Source: Octopus bimaculoides (taxonomy: Eukaryota). Taken from it: a stretch of 64,000 nucleotides of DNA. The stretch is from NCBI RefSeq assembly GCF_001194135.2, contig NC_068982.1:149016105-149080104 (forward strand). Direction: 5' to 3'. Position 1 is the first letter of the stretch. Every line of letters starts with the position of its first letter. A program made the translations under genes and the position numbers. Shown here piece by piece: positions 22,693 through 37,064 of this stretch. The notes under the pieces are model-generated. The model ran no database searches. It saw only the letters and a list, made by a program, of their open reading frames with translations, and was not told the DNA's origin.

Positions 22693-24109
22693 TAGCATAT
22701 GGTGGTTGTTGTCAATGAGTGTGTGCTGCCACACTGACCATACTATGACTAACATTATTATTACTCAAATTAAGCATAGAAACTGTGTAGTTCTATTCCA
22801 AATGTGGGATCCAAAACGTAAATAATGTAAACTTAATTCCGTTAAGATACAGCTATATGGCACTGAAGTAAACTGAATTAATAAATAATTCCCTATAAAT
22901 TGTAAGCTTTCTTTAATAAGTCATAAACGTGCACACTGAGAAATAAGAAACCATATAATTTTGCTTACTTAAATTACTTATATGTAAGCTCTAATCTTCT
23001 TCTTTGAGGTGTAAAATGTTTGATAACCTCATTTAAATAAAATGCCTAAGCATGCAACTAAGAAAATCACAAAATTCACTGTATATCAATGTACAACTGA
23101 AATCACAAAATTCACTGTACAACCTTTCAATTTTGTTTTTGATTTCTAAAAGTGCATTATTAGTTTTGAAAACAAATTAAGATTAAAGTTATATGATGAT
23201 ATTGTAAGAAAAACATTATTGTAAAAACAATTAGTTTTTAGTCTAAGATTTTAAATTATTTTAAATGTACAATTTCTTTCCACAAAAATGAACATGTGAT
23301 TGTGCTGTCAAAACTGTCACACACTTTTCACCATTAATTTTTTGCCATTCTTCCACTATCCTATGATGTGCCTAGTACCATATTATGATACAATGTACTG
23401 TGAGATGTGCAATGTTATTTCAAGACACCTGGCACCCAAATTTCAAGCAGGGCTTTAACAAAAGTTTTCCATTGTGATTTGTGATTAAATTCATGAGTAA
23501 GATCAATATTTATAATTAATTTGCCATTNNNNNNNNNNNNNNNNNNNNNNNNNNNNNNNNNNNNNNNNNNNNNNNNNNNNNNNNNNNNNNNNNNNNNNNN
23601 NNNNNNNNNNNNNNNNNNNNNNNNNNNNNNNNNNNNNNNNNNNNNNNNNNNNNNNNNNNNCGCATATATGCGCAATCTAAATTTTGTGCACGTTTACTAT
23701 ATACATATGTTCTTGCTTATTTTCTCTCTCTACTTCTTTCTTCCTATTCCCAGCCTTTCTCTCTTTTCTTCCTTTGCTATCTTTCTTTTTTTCCCTTTCT
23801 TTCTTTTTTTCTTTTTCTTTCTTTCTTCTTTTCTTTCCTTATGACAACTGCATTCCCCCGCCACCCCCTTTCCTATATTTAACGTTATTATAGATACGTT
23901 ACTCTTTACCCCTCCACTCCATAGCTTAAGATACAATTTTCGTTACCAGCGCATAGGTTTTTTCATGCGCAACTTAAATGCGTGTGTGTGTATATGTGTG
24001 AAAATTTGTATTTATGTATATATCTGTGCCTTGTAAATATAGGCCTATATACGTAGATTGTCTGTGCGTATGCAACTGTGTATTTCGATGTATATGTTGG
24101 TCATTTTTT

Positions 24110-24330
24110 TTTTATGAAAACCCTAGCTTATCCAAATTGTCACTAAGGTATTCACTCACAAAACCAAGTCCACCAATAATAATTGGTATAAATGTGAATT
24201 ATAATCTGGATATAGAAGCTGGAGGTTTCAGAACAATTGTCTCTAGTTTATATTCTTTCTCTTTGATTTTCAAAGAGATATTTACATCAACAAAACAGGT
24301 GACCTTTATGACGGTATATACATTTTCTTG
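24110..24330 (-). mobile_element. R4/Dong LINE 3' fragment
   Basis: Minus strand reads FIPIIIGGLGFVSEYLSDNLDKLGF. Confidence 0.75.
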
Positions 24331-27300
24331 TCTGTCCCGTAAATGTATGTATGTATGTGTTGACTTCAGTTGGATAGTTGCAATAAAGAAGAGTAAATTT
24401 TAACTAAGTACAGTGTGCTACAGCACTCACTTACTTTGAGTCTAACATTCAGACAATGTCTGTGTATTTTTTTAAAAACTTATATGTTTCATGTACTTAT
24501 GGTTCTTAATTTTAATTCATGAACTTGGGTATTAATTTCATAATCAAAAAAGTTAGTGTCCATTAGACAATTACCTTTGGTGGGGATCCAGGAGATATAA
24601 ACTTCTTTTTTCCACTATAGTCTTTAAGAGATATAGAAATCAACACACAATAAATACAATAAGGTACCAGCATCCAAATGAATCATATATTGTCATTTAA
24701 CTTTCTATCAGTATTAGTGAAGTGACTGACCATTAAACACAACCACTGAATGTGTGATCAACTCATACACTTCTAATGATCCTCTTTCCATCACTGGTTA
24801 TGAGACCACTTAATATGCTATAAAAGGCTGACTTTAGCTTTTTATTCAGTATTTCTTTCGTGAGCAATCACTTGATACTAATGCTGGCTCTAATTTGCAG
24901 TACTGATTAAATGAGTGCCCAATAAAATATTACTTTCATCATTGGTTCCAGTGATCAAACATAAGTATAATATTGTTGTTGCTGTTGTTGTTCAACCATA
25001 GGTCATCCCTGTTTAAAGCATACCAGCCTGTGTTTACTTAAAGAGAGTAAGATGTAATTTCAAGAAGATTTGGTTGCTATTTTTAACAATTTAGCAACCA
25101 CATAGAACCTTTTGTACCCCTACATCAATCCTATATGGATACTTTCAATATATGTAGTAATGTAAGAGTTCAGTTATTGAGAAATCATTCAACTATTATA
25201 TTATAGTTGCCAATCACCTGTAACAAGCCAAGCCCACTTCTATCTTTAAAACTTAGAAACATATACGTTTTAAATCATAATAAATCTTTGAACAGCATGC
25301 TCACTACAAAGACAGGATTGTTATCACTAGTAATACTGATTGAATGTGTCTTTTAGTGAGCTGCTTCAGTGTTAAAAGTATGCTCAAGTACAGCATGCTG
25401 GTTCTATCCATAATTATAACAAACATATCATGTCAAGAATTTACGTTTGTGATTATGGATTTTGTTTATAGAAGGAATATACTTCTCTGCTGTAATATTT
25501 TATAGTGAAGAACTGTTACGAAAATGTATACCTTAGCCTAAAACTACATCAATTATATTTTCACTTGACTGAAGCCACTTCTGTGGCCTGCCAGCTTATA
25601 TTCCGATCTGTATACAATATAACACACACTAAGCAATATACTAAATCCAATGGTAGAAAGGTATGAAGCAAATTTGCTTAATGTCCCAAATTTCTCTTTT
25701 CATCAAACTGAAAAATAGTACAAATCCTTCAAAACAACATTCTTTCAACCACCATAGCCTATTTGTACATACACAAAATGCATACACACATGCACACATG
25801 CATTAACACACATGCATGCACATGTATGCACAAACACATTAACATGTATGCATAACTAGACACACACAAATGCACAAAACTCATACAAACTGATACAAAT
25901 GCACATAAGCCGTCCTTCAAATATATTGATCAGTAATACAGGGAAACAAAAATACTTGAGTCTAGTTGAATATTTAAAAAGCACAGGTTTTAATTGTAGA
26001 TTTGTGTTAACCACACAACCTCTTTATCTGCATGTCCAAGTATCAACAAACAACTAAACACACTAATAAGTAAAAATCAAATTACAACACAATTTTATAA
26101 AAACACTTGCCTTCCATCTGATCCAGACACACACACATATGTGTATGTATACGTGGTAATGTGTGTGTGCGTGTGTGTTTTGTATATATATATACATATA
26201 TNNNNNNNNNNNNNNNNNNNNNNNNNNNNNNNNNNNNNNNNNNNNNNNNNNNNNNNNTATATACACACATACACACGTCTACATATACATATATATGGAA
26301 AAATATTAAAAAAATAAATGCATTTCATTTTACATTTCAGGGAGCTAAGTCCAGAGCATATTATTATTACAGTCAAATCATTTCAAAATATAATAATATG
26401 CATTGCAAAACAGATTATCACAATCAAATTATTTCAAAAAACATTGTTACCTATTCTGAAATGTCATATCACATCCAAGACATATTACTACAATCATATC
26501 ATTTCAGGTTTACAGATTTCAAATCTTTATGAAACTCTTCCAATCTATAATTGCAAAAATACATCTAAGTATATAATTTCAAACTAGTTTCACATCTCAC
26601 AGAAGATATACATTGCAATGTACATGTGTAAAGGCTCTCTATTAGTTTTCATTTAATATATACTGCAGCTACCAGAAGTAGCTTTGTTTTTGACTCACTG
26701 AGTAACAAGAGGAATAATATTGTAAATGTTATTAGATTCATATCATGTAGAGATATAAAATTTTATACTTGTAATTATTCAAAAATATAAGGGTGAATGT
26801 ATCTTATAAATATTTAAAAAATGAATGAAAAATAGATGTCAGTATTAATGATTTAAACTTAGTTTTTATTATACAATAAAAAAATTTAGTCCTTTGTTGT
26901 TCTGTCATATTTTTGCAAGTTGTTATAGTGGGAAAGGTTTAAAATTTGGTTACTGAGTTCCTGCTCATTTAATTAAATGCTCACTGAGTTAACATTTTTG
27001 GGTGTTTGGATCATGTATTTGTTGTTGGTGAACCATTATGCATTTTCTAAGTGAGATACCTGTTTGGCCAATATAATTCTCATGCAGTATATTCGAATAT
27101 CGGTTAGCCTCATCAAAAGAAACTATTCAGGTTCTTTCATTCATTAAAAATGGAAGTTAGTTTAACATATCCAAGTCATCTCTTATGTAGCTCTGTATAT
27201 GTCTCAAATATGGTATAGTAACATATTAAGAAATTGCTCAGTTTGTGAGTTTCACAAGATGGACCTGTCACAGTTAGTTGTAAGTTTATATTGTTTGAGT

Positions 27301-27569
27301 GTAAAACATTTAAGCAACAAAATTTAGGATCCTTTACAGACATTGTTTATAAAATTACTTTTGTAGATTTCTTGGTAGTCCATAAAAATTGCCCATCTTA
27401 CACGTAAATTTAGTTAAATAGACCAATTTTTTGTCAGTTAAGTTTTTTTGTATAAATTGGCTAGGATGTTAAGTTCCTGTATTACTTTTTATGATTATAC
27501 AGGGGGCCAAATTTTATGATTTTTACGTCCCCTTTTTGCAGGGACTAGCTTAATCTATTGGTGAACTGT

Positions 27570-28374
27570 CAACAGTGTTTAACATAAAGACTAAAGTCGT
27601 AGTTGAGAAAAAGTTAGCTGACATGGGGGACTGGAAACCATTTGTACATTGGAAAAGTATTGCCAGAATCATAAAGATTCATGCCAGGTGTCAAAATACC
27701 AACATCATGACTGATGCTCAATATTCTGTAAAGGCTGTAGGACATGACATGAGCATCATGAAAATCAGGTTACCCCAAACTGTGATGGGCTTTGAGAGTG
27801 TTTCTAGTAAAGGTGACATCATCTTGCCTGTTTTGCACAAGGCCTCAGGCTCCATTCAGACAGTAATGTGAAACAGTTGGAGATTGTTGTTAAACCTTAG
27901 AAGGAGAGGGTTGCTGCTAGAAGGCTATATGTGTGGCAGCAAGATTTTGCTCCTTGCCATAATTCTGCAAAGAATTAGAAGTAGCTGTTGGAGTGGTTTC
28001 TATACATGACCATCTCCAGTTTCTAGCCTTCTAATTCCCTTGAATTTAACGCCATAGATTACTATGTGTGGTGCACAGTTGAGAAAGACAGCAACCATTC
28101 TTCCTGCAACACCAAGGCCAAAACTGGTAGCCAAGATCAAGGATATATTCAAAGATCTTCCCAGAGCTACAATGCATAATGTATGTGCCAAATTCCAGAG
28201 CTGTCTCCAGGTTATAGTGGAAGCTGAGGGTGACTACTTTGTCTAAACTGTTATCTCACAGCCATAAACTAGTTATTTTTTTTATTTTTCTTAAAATACA
28301 TTTATTTATAGATGGGATATTGTATTTTCATTTCCTTTTACGCAAACTATCAAATTTATCTTGAACACCCTGTA
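27570..28374 (+). mobile_element. Decayed maT-type Tc1/mariner element (second subfamily)
   Basis: Reads PQTVMGFESVSSKGDI, YVWQQDFAPCH, IDYYVWCTVE, KLVAKIKDIFKDLPR..VIVEAEGDYFV*; right end AACACCCTG|TA. Confidence 0.85.
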
Positions 28375-28744
28375 GCTGTTAATTTTTTCAGAACTGCTGT
28401 TGTCATCAAGTATGGATAGCATGAGATTTTTATAGTAGTCTACATCCAATTCAACAACAGTACTTCCCTTTATCAGCTTCTTTTATTACCAATTTTGGAT
28501 TTGTTTTCAATGCATTAATATTTTTCCCATGCTTTTACACTGGAATTAGAATGCATCTTATGTTTTGGGAGGAACACACATATAAAATAAGTTATATGGT
28601 CGCAAATATTACCAAGTTTTCTTTTCCTACTTTTAGTGAATGATATTTACTTTTATTTCTGACTGGATGAAATAATAGTCAAACATATACTAAAACTAAA
28701 CAAATATATGTTTCTCCTACAATTTTAGCAATATGTCCTTCTTG

Positions 28745-29168
28745 TAAGGCGGCGAGCTGGCAGAAACGTTAGCATGCCAGGCGAAATGCTTTATGGTATT
28801 TCGTCTGCCGTTACGTTCTGAGTTCAAATTTCACCGAGGTCGACTTTGCCTTTCATCCTTTCGAGGTCGATAAATTAAGTACCAGTTACGCACTGGGGTC
28901 GATGTAATCGATTTAACCCCTTTGTTTGTCCTTGTTTGTCCCTTCTATGCCCTTGAGGGCAATAAAGAAATAAGAAACGTTAGCATGCCAGTCGAAATGC
29001 TTAGCGGTATTTTGTCTGTCTATGTTCTGAGTTCAAATTCTGAAGAGGTCAACTTTGCCTTTCATCCTTTCGGGGTTGATAAATTAAGTACCAGTTGCAT
29101 ACTGGGGTCGATCTATTCCACTGGCCCCCTCCCCCAAAATTTCGGGCCTTGTGCCCAGTGCAGAAAAG
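28745..29168 (+). mobile_element. Dimer of SINE family A copies inside one TSD
   Basis: aaggcggcgagctggcagaaacg head, B-box gagttcaaatt, central gtcgactttgcctttcatcctttcg..gtcgataaattaagtacc (recalled as MetaSINE-like, unverified); TSD aatatgtcct at 28730 and 29169. Confidence 0.9.
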
Positions 29169-30508
29169 AATATGTCCTCCTCTTTAAGATGGTAGGTGGA
29201 ATTTTAGATTCTACTTTTTTTTTCAGGGTTGGGCAACTACTTAGAACCTCCTTCATATTCCTTCAGGATTTTGATAAAATAAATGCAAAGCGAACATGGG
29301 AGACTAGTTAATCTGCAATACATATCTCTTACAAATTTTTAACCATATTCCAATTTAGAAACAAAATAATATTAATAATAACCTTTTACGAAATGACAAC
29401 TAAATGGTCATGTACCTTGTAACAACGATTGAACATGGCAACCTGGCATTCTTATTTTGGACAACACTCAATCAATTACCAGGAGGCAGTTCCATTATTC
29501 TACATCATAATATGAAGCGAAACCAAATGAAGATGTCCAACATGTTTTTTATCTGTATAATCATTTCATTTTCATTTTGCTGTTAAACTGATAAAAATTT
29601 TGACTGACATGATCAATGCTTAGATTTTTACCTTTATTTACTTCTCTCCTCTCAATATCATGAGTTGACTGTTTCCTTCTTTTATTCTAATTTTTATTTA
29701 TTCATCATCATCATTATTATCATCATCATNNNNNNNNNNTATTTCAAGAACTTAATCTTATCTGTTAGTTTGACAACTCCTGTCCATTATCATAGTCACA
29801 TTGAATGAAGACTAGGGAAGGTAAAAAATGTTTAAAAAAAATAATTAATAGATAAATAAATAAAAATTCGTTTTAAAGCAATTATGGTTTTAGAAACATG
29901 ATAAAAGTAGAAAAAATATATTTCAGAATAACATTACCACAACTAATAACAACAATAATAACATAGTCTATCTTCTTTTAACAGTGATGGTAAACTCAAG
30001 ATATCAACTACAAATTGTTTCTTAATTTAATCAAAAGTAAATGAAGCAAAGTCAGTACCACTACCATTGCTGCTACTGCTACTACTACCATTACTAATAC
30101 TACTTCTACTATTACAACTACTACATAATCATAGTAATAGTTATGATGATGATGTAGGGGGTAATGCTGGTGGTGATGATAACAATGTCGGTGGTGGTGG
30201 TGGTGGNNNNNNNNNNGGTGGTGGTGATGATGACTACAACAACAATAACGATGACAATGATGACAATGATGATGACTAGCTGCTACTATTTCCTTTGCAG
30301 TTCTGGTTGAATGTCTATTCATAAGTGTTTTTTCATGAATATATAAATTTCTGTATATCAGTTTTTGTTTTCTTTTTTTAACTTCATCACAAACCTTTGA
30401 TAAAAATTCAAAGCATTGTATTAATCTTTACATGATAAATTTAACATTAAATAAAATATATGATTTTAATTTATTGTTGTTTCTATTCTTTTTACCTATT
30501 ACTATTAC

Positions 30509-30562
<54 letters not shown>

Positions 30563-31123
30563 CATCATTATTATTGCTATTATTATTATTATTGCAACTA
30601 ATACTTTTAGTGCTTGTCATCTCTTTATGGATAACTGGAAACAAAAAAATATCTGAACAAAAATTTAACAAAGAAATTAAGTAATATGAAGAAAGAAAAA
30701 CTTTTCTTTTTTTTATTACTTTTTAATCACCTATTTTATTTGGAAAATTACAAAGACATTAAAAAGTATGTACAATATATAAGTAAAGCATAAATAAAAT
30801 ATAAACAAATTGTCTTCAGATTTTTTTCTTTTTATGTGTTATCTGACAAATGTGGTAATATGAAACAGAGTACAAACCTGTTGCTTTTAGAATTTATGAA
30901 TATCTTAGCCTTCATAAGTCTTCTCTTATAATTCCATTCATATTTAGGATGTTTTATAGGAATATTATATCAGCTCCAGTATTTGTCTGGTGTTATATTT
31001 TATCAACCTCAGTCATTCAACCATATATATTTTTTTTGCTATTGATTTTTCAGCTGTGTAGAAAACCCATGATGTATAGAGTAGTGGTAAAAATTCACTT
31101 GAATTGACCTCAATATATTGCAG

Positions 31124-31317
31124 CTGCTTAATTTGGTAAGCTGGTGGCAGAATCATTAGCTCGTTAGGCAAAATGCTTAGCAGAATTTCATCCATCTTTA
31201 TGTTCTGAGTTCAAATTCTGCCAAGTTGACTTTGCCTTTCATCCTTTCATGGGTGGAGTCAATGTAATTGGCTTACCCCAACTTTGAAATTGTTGGCCTT
31301 GTGCCAAAATTTGAAAC
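31124..31317 (+). mobile_element. SINE family A with a 13-bp TSD
   Basis: caatatattgcag at 31111-31123 and 31318-31330. Confidence 0.85.
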
Positions 31318-31379
31318 CAATATATTGCAGGTGTATTTTTGTCTACTTATCAAAAATGAACCCTGACTGGTTTGACCAC

Positions 31380-31740
31380 AGAAGAAAGAAATATGGAAAT
31401 ATTATAGATACACAAAGTTGTTTACTCAAACATTGTTCTGTCTTTGCATTTCTATTGCTATTTCCAAGTCTGTTTTCCCATGCTTGCATGGGTTGGATAG
31501 GTTTATTCCATACTTGCATCACTTCACTTATTGCAGTCACTCAACACTTCCTTGTTCAGTGAACTGAAATCAGCATTCGCTACATCTACCCATGTATTTC
31601 TCAGTATTCCTCTTTTACAGATTCCATCCATTTGGTTTGCTTGTCACTTCTTTACACAACTGTCATTCCATAAACATATGACATGTCTGTTCCAGTTCAG
31701 TTTTCTTATCACTTTATGTATTATAATTAATGTTTGATCC
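31380..31740 (-). mobile_element. Old RTE 3'-end remnant
   Basis: 'ttttcccatgcttgcatgggttggataggttt' terminus followed by a decayed ORF end. Confidence 0.5.
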
Positions 31741-32649
31741 TATCTCCCTGGGCATAAAAGAAATTACAAAAATAGAAATTAATTTTAAATTAAATTTTAT
31801 AATTTATACAAAAATATGACAATCAGAATCCATTACTGATGACACCTGAGCTTAAAGGATTATACCAAACCAACAGGATAGACTCCAAGATAATTGGCAA
31901 TCTATTCTCATACTGATTTACAATTCAAAACCATTACATTACTATTCTTAATGGCACTGGAAGTAATCCAATAGTATAGTCTTCCAAAGGAATTATTTTG
32001 TTATATATACCTTGTGTATTCAAATTCTTGGCATTGGTAGATCTCCATCTTGTGACAAGACTTTCCTAAACATCAAAAAATAAATTCAAGTCATGTCTTA
32101 TTATTCAAATGTGGGAAGAGATATTGTTACAAACATGCTTCAAATGTAGAATACTTTATGACCAAATTTATCATCAGAGATGATTGATAAAACATATTAA
32201 TGGCACACAAGAGAATACGACTAATTATTTATTTACAGTTGTAATTAATCGAGACTCTGATACGTAAACCCATTTCACAAGTTCTCTTTATTTATTTATT
32301 TAGTTATTTATTTATTTATCTATTTATTGCTTTCTAGAGGATTTTGAGTTTGTGTCCTCACTTTGCTTGCTTTAATTAAGTATTGTTAAACAATGTTTTA
32401 ACTTTCTTCATTCTGGGTATATCTTGATTAATTGAAATTATCATGCTTACCACATTAAATATGCTAGTGCATACTTCACTAATTATTTTCCAAGTGAATG
32501 ATATCTCAAGGTTATTTCCTCAAGACTCTATGTTTAACCAGACCAGCGTGTGTACACAGTTATATAACTATAAATAATTTTCTATCTTCTTCGACATGAA
32601 TGACAATGCTTTGATGAAGAGTTCTAACAAAACCACATTTAAATTTGGC

Positions 32650-32846
32650 ACGTAAAAGCACCCACTACACTCTCGGAGTGGTTGGCGTTAAGAAGGGCAT
32701 CCAGCTGTAGAAACTCTGCCAGATCAGATTGGAGCCTGGTGCAGCCTTCTGGCTTGCCAGTCCTCAGTCAAATCGTCCAACCCATGCTAGCATGCAAAGC
32801 GGACGTTAAACGACGACGATGATGAAGATGATGATGATGATGATGA
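32650..32846 (+). mobile_element. RTE 3' UTR copy
   Basis: gtaaaagcacccactacactctcggagtggttggcg...ggacgttaaac(gac/gat)n. Confidence 0.9.
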
Positions 32847-34399
32847 GTTAAGCAATGTTTACCTCTCCTAATACCAGAAATATGTTAAAAGTTGTTATAG
32901 TTGAATAATGCTCAAATTCACTGCATACTAGTTGTAATCTGGCCATGTTAACTATGTTAGTGCTTCAAACAAATTATTTAGTTAGATAGTTTTACAGATT
33001 AAGCATTTGCATACAGATTTTTGGAGTAAAGTAAAGAGTACCCTTGTAAACACAAACCAATCAATAGTTTATGTCAGACTGCACCCTGGTAGCTTTCAGA
33101 GTGGTATTGTGAAGTAAAGAGAATAATGTGTTTTATACAATAGCAATTTAACTAAGACACAGTTTGAACTTAATTCCGCAATTCTTTCATATCGAAATAG
33201 TTTTAGAAATTGAAAAATAAAGATTTCTGTTTTTTGTTATTTTTCCCTCTAAACATGTGACATCCAAAAATTTTATTCTTTTGTCTTAGATACATTTTAT
33301 ATGTTTTTCCTAATAATACTAGCTTCTTTTTTCTTCGTGTTGATATTGTTTTTTTTTTATTGTTCGTTTGCTTTTGTTTCTCTTTTTTTATCCATGGTAA
33401 ACAGGAAATCAAATTCTGTCTTTATCTCCTACTGAAACAATATCTTAGTTTGGTTCTCTTGTTATGGATTGGGCACTAGAGAACTGAAGAATTCATATAA
33501 AAGGAAGACTGAAGGAAATTAGAAGGAAGTGTATTGAAGCATATGTCTTTTTTAAAGAATTGTCACATACAAGAGAAAATAACAAGTCTTCTATCTTCAA
33601 AAAGTATTTTTAATTGATACAAGTGTCAGTCCAGCCAATCAAAATGTGGTTCTGGCAAACATTTGTTTATTTATATATTTATTCATTTATTATTCATTTG
33701 TTTTTGTACAGTCTTTTATGATGGTTTCAGGTGGTTGACAACTTCTCACTCAAAATATCCTGTTCAAAGTCTTGTAGTAAAAGAAATTCTGTTTCAGTTC
33801 TGACAGTCTATGATCCTTGACTTTGTTCTGGAGGAGGTCAGAGATGACTGGAAAACACAAAACAGGGCCATTTGACAGTATCACCAGTCAAAGACACAGT
33901 CGTCAACAAAAATCAAAAACACAGTCCTCAAATAAACAAGAAAAAACGATAATGCTAATTAGGTAATGGTATTTTTATCATTAACAGGAGACTACAAATT
34001 TTTAGGAATGGAATAGATTTCATTGAATTGATCCCACTTTGCCAACTGTATGTTATACAGCTTGATGGAATGAAGGCAAAGTGCACCTTTTTGGAATAGA
34101 GTGAAACAAAATTAAGCATTGATAAGTAACAATGGCACAAGGCTACATATTTGGCATCAACTGATGCATTATTTTACTGACTTTGGAAAAATGAAAGTCA
34201 GAATTGACATCAAAGGGATTTAAAATTTAAAACATAAAGAAGCATAACCACAGTTAAATATCACACGTCATCTTTTCAAATATTCTATTTTTTACCGAGC
34301 AAACAACAAAAGTAGATATTGTATAGCATTTAGTACAGTATTTGTTTCTGGCAATTGCTACCCTACCACAGTTTTTCACAGTACAGTGGCACATAAAAT

Positions 34400-34706
34400 G
34401 TATTATCCGAATGTGGTCTATGTCAGTTCCCCCTGACTGGCTCCTGTGCCAGTGGCATGTAAAAAACACTATCTGAACATGATTGATGCCAGGCCCACTT
34501 GACTGGCTCCTGTGCTGGTGGCACGTAAAAAACACCCACTACACTCTCAGAGTGGTTGGCGTTAGGAAGAGCATCGAATTGTAGAAACATTGCCAGATCA
34601 GATTGGAGCCTGGTGCAGCAGCTGGCTTTCCAGACCTCAGTCAAACCGTCCAACCCATGCCAGCATGGAAAACGGACGTTAAATGACGATGACGATGATG
34701 ATGATG
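34400..34706 (+). mobile_element. RTE 3' UTR copy
   Basis: Same family; includes a duplicated gactggctcctgtgc segment. Confidence 0.9.
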
Positions 34707-35331
34707 AAACTCATGAATTTGTAAAGGAGAAATACACTATTAGCCAGAACCAATTTTGATTGTTTTTATTCTCTTGAATCTGTGGAAATAATAGAGAAAA
34801 ACCTCAGGATTTGAGCTCAGCTCAAAGAATTTTATAATTGAACACCAAATAGTTTTTGATGTTCCATCATTTCTGCAACTAAATTTTCCAATTAATAATT
34901 ATATTGATGATGATGATAATCAGTTGGCAGCTAAGTCAACTCAGCAACATTCCAGTTCTTCAATGTGAAAACAAATGAGAAGTGATATAAGCTTGTATCA
35001 AACAGTGTGTACACCAATGACCTGGACACAATCATCTGGGACATGCTGTCAGGACTGAAAAGGTGATTAATATGGGTAGTAGACTGAGATCTGCCAATCG
35101 ATTTAACTGCATCATCTCAATCTTGGGTCACTTTAGCAGAGACTACACTTTTGTAAGCATTTGGGTTAGGTTTCTGATCTAAGAATGTTTTCCTCTTTTC
35201 CTCTCAACAAGCTCAGAAGTTCTAAACAGGAATCATGGATGCTGCTTTACTTCTCCTGATTAAGCATTAAAAGAAGGGAAGGAGGTAAAACATCTCTGTT
35301 TATTGTTATTATTATTATTATGATGATGATG

Positions 35332-35391
<60 letters not shown>

Positions 35392-35539
35392 TGACAATGA
35401 TAATAATTGTTGCACACACCCCGGCAACACGTAGGTGTATCAGATGATGCAGTAGAAATTTACCTGAAACTACCAAATATTGAATAATAATGATAATAAT
35501 AATAATAATAATTGTTTTATCAAAGTTACAAAGAGAAAA

Positions 35540-36150
35540 CACTTCAGGGTCAATGTTTAGTTGATTAAATCTAAATTAGTATTTGACTAGTAAGTTATTT
35601 TATCAACCCTGGAGGGATGAAAAGCAAAGCTGACCTCGAGAGGATTTGCACTCAAAGTGTAAACAGCCAGAAGAAATACCACAATGCATTTTTTACAACT
35701 CTTAAACATTTCTGCCAATTTCCTGCCCTTTGGAATAAATGTTTTCCATATAAGCATAAAGCCATCTTTTTATTTTTTTTTTAGGGGATTGGTTAATTAG
35801 TTATATCGACCCTTGAACTTGACTGGTACTTGATTTTATCAATCCTGTGGGCATGAAGGGCGAAGTTTATTACAGTTGAATTACAACCCAGAATGAGAAG
35901 AACCAGGACAAATACTTCAATGCATTTTGTCTGACATGCTAACGATCCTACCCAATTCTTTCTAGCAAAAGCACAAGGCCAGGAATTTTCACTGGAGAGG
36001 CTTAATAAATTAAATCAACCATAGTGTTTGACTGATACTTTATTTATCAATGCCAGAGGAATGAAAGGCAAAGATGACTGAGTGATATTTCAACTCGTAA
36101 CATAAAAAAGCTAGAACAAATACTGCAAGTCATTTCTGCAATGCTCTTAT
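35540..36150 (-). mobile_element. Three degraded SINE family A copies in tandem
   Basis: Repeated reverse-oriented tttatcaacc..ggatgaaaggcaaag segments. Confidence 0.6.
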
Positions 36151-36418
36151 GATTCTGTTATTAAAAAGCAAAAATTGATGATGTTGTTTTGTCTATAAAG
36201 GAACACAAGATATTCCTGTTCATATTTTGAATTTCTATATTTCTGCCTTCTTTATATTCTTTTCATTTTAAGCCTGAGGAAGAAAGAAACTGTTGAAATA
36301 GTGTTCAATTCAATAAACAATTCAATTCAATAAAATATCTGTTACAAATCGCCTCATGCTCTTCTTAATGCTTATTTACCTTTGTAAAGAGTTATATCAC
36401 TTTTCATAAACTAATATA

Positions 36419-36489
<71 letters not shown>

Positions 36490-36491
<2 letters not shown>

Positions 36492-36720
36492 TACAAGGAC
36501 CTTGCCATCAAGTTACAGAGGCTATGGAAAGTGTGGGTAAAATGTATCCCTGTAGTTACAGATGTATTAGGAACTATCCCTAAAGATTTGAATAGATGGA
36601 TAGAGGAAATAATCACAAAACTAGTTTAGTGCAGCTCCAGGAAACAGTGTTATTAGGGACAGCTAGGATACTTAAGAAGGTTCTAGCATCTAAGGTTACT
36701 TGTTGTAGCCTGATGTTAGG
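36490..36720 (+). mobile_element. R4/Dong LINE 3' end embedded in (TAA)n
   Basis: Reads KYKDLAIKLQRLWKV..LQETVLLGTARILKKVLA; (aat)n upstream and taataatgataataat downstream. Confidence 0.85.
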
Positions 36721-37064
36721 AATTTTTCTTTTCCAACAGTTTAATAATGATAATAATCGACTAAAATTTTGGCACAAGGTAAACAATTGGAGAGAAGATC
36801 ATCAATTACATTGACCCCATTGTTTGACTGGTTCTATATTTTATCAACTTCAAAAAATGAATGGCAAAGAAGTTTCCAAGGAATTTTTGAACTTGGAACA
36901 TGAAGAACAAGAAGAAATGCTTCTAAACATTTCGTTCAAAATGCTAACAATTATGTCAACTCACCACCTTACTACTACTACTCCTACCGCTACTACTACT
37001 ACTAATAATAATAATAATAATAATAGTAGTAGTAGTAATAATAATAATAATAATNNNNNNNNNN

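Noticed and set aside
24014-24403. 129-aa plus-strand ORF
   Set aside because: Antisense shadow of an R4 LINE fragment.
30844-30880. CTGACAA-ATGT..ATAT-GAAAC-AGA-GTA hammerhead-like string
   Set aside because: G8 is mutated and there is no stem I; expected by chance in AT-rich DNA.
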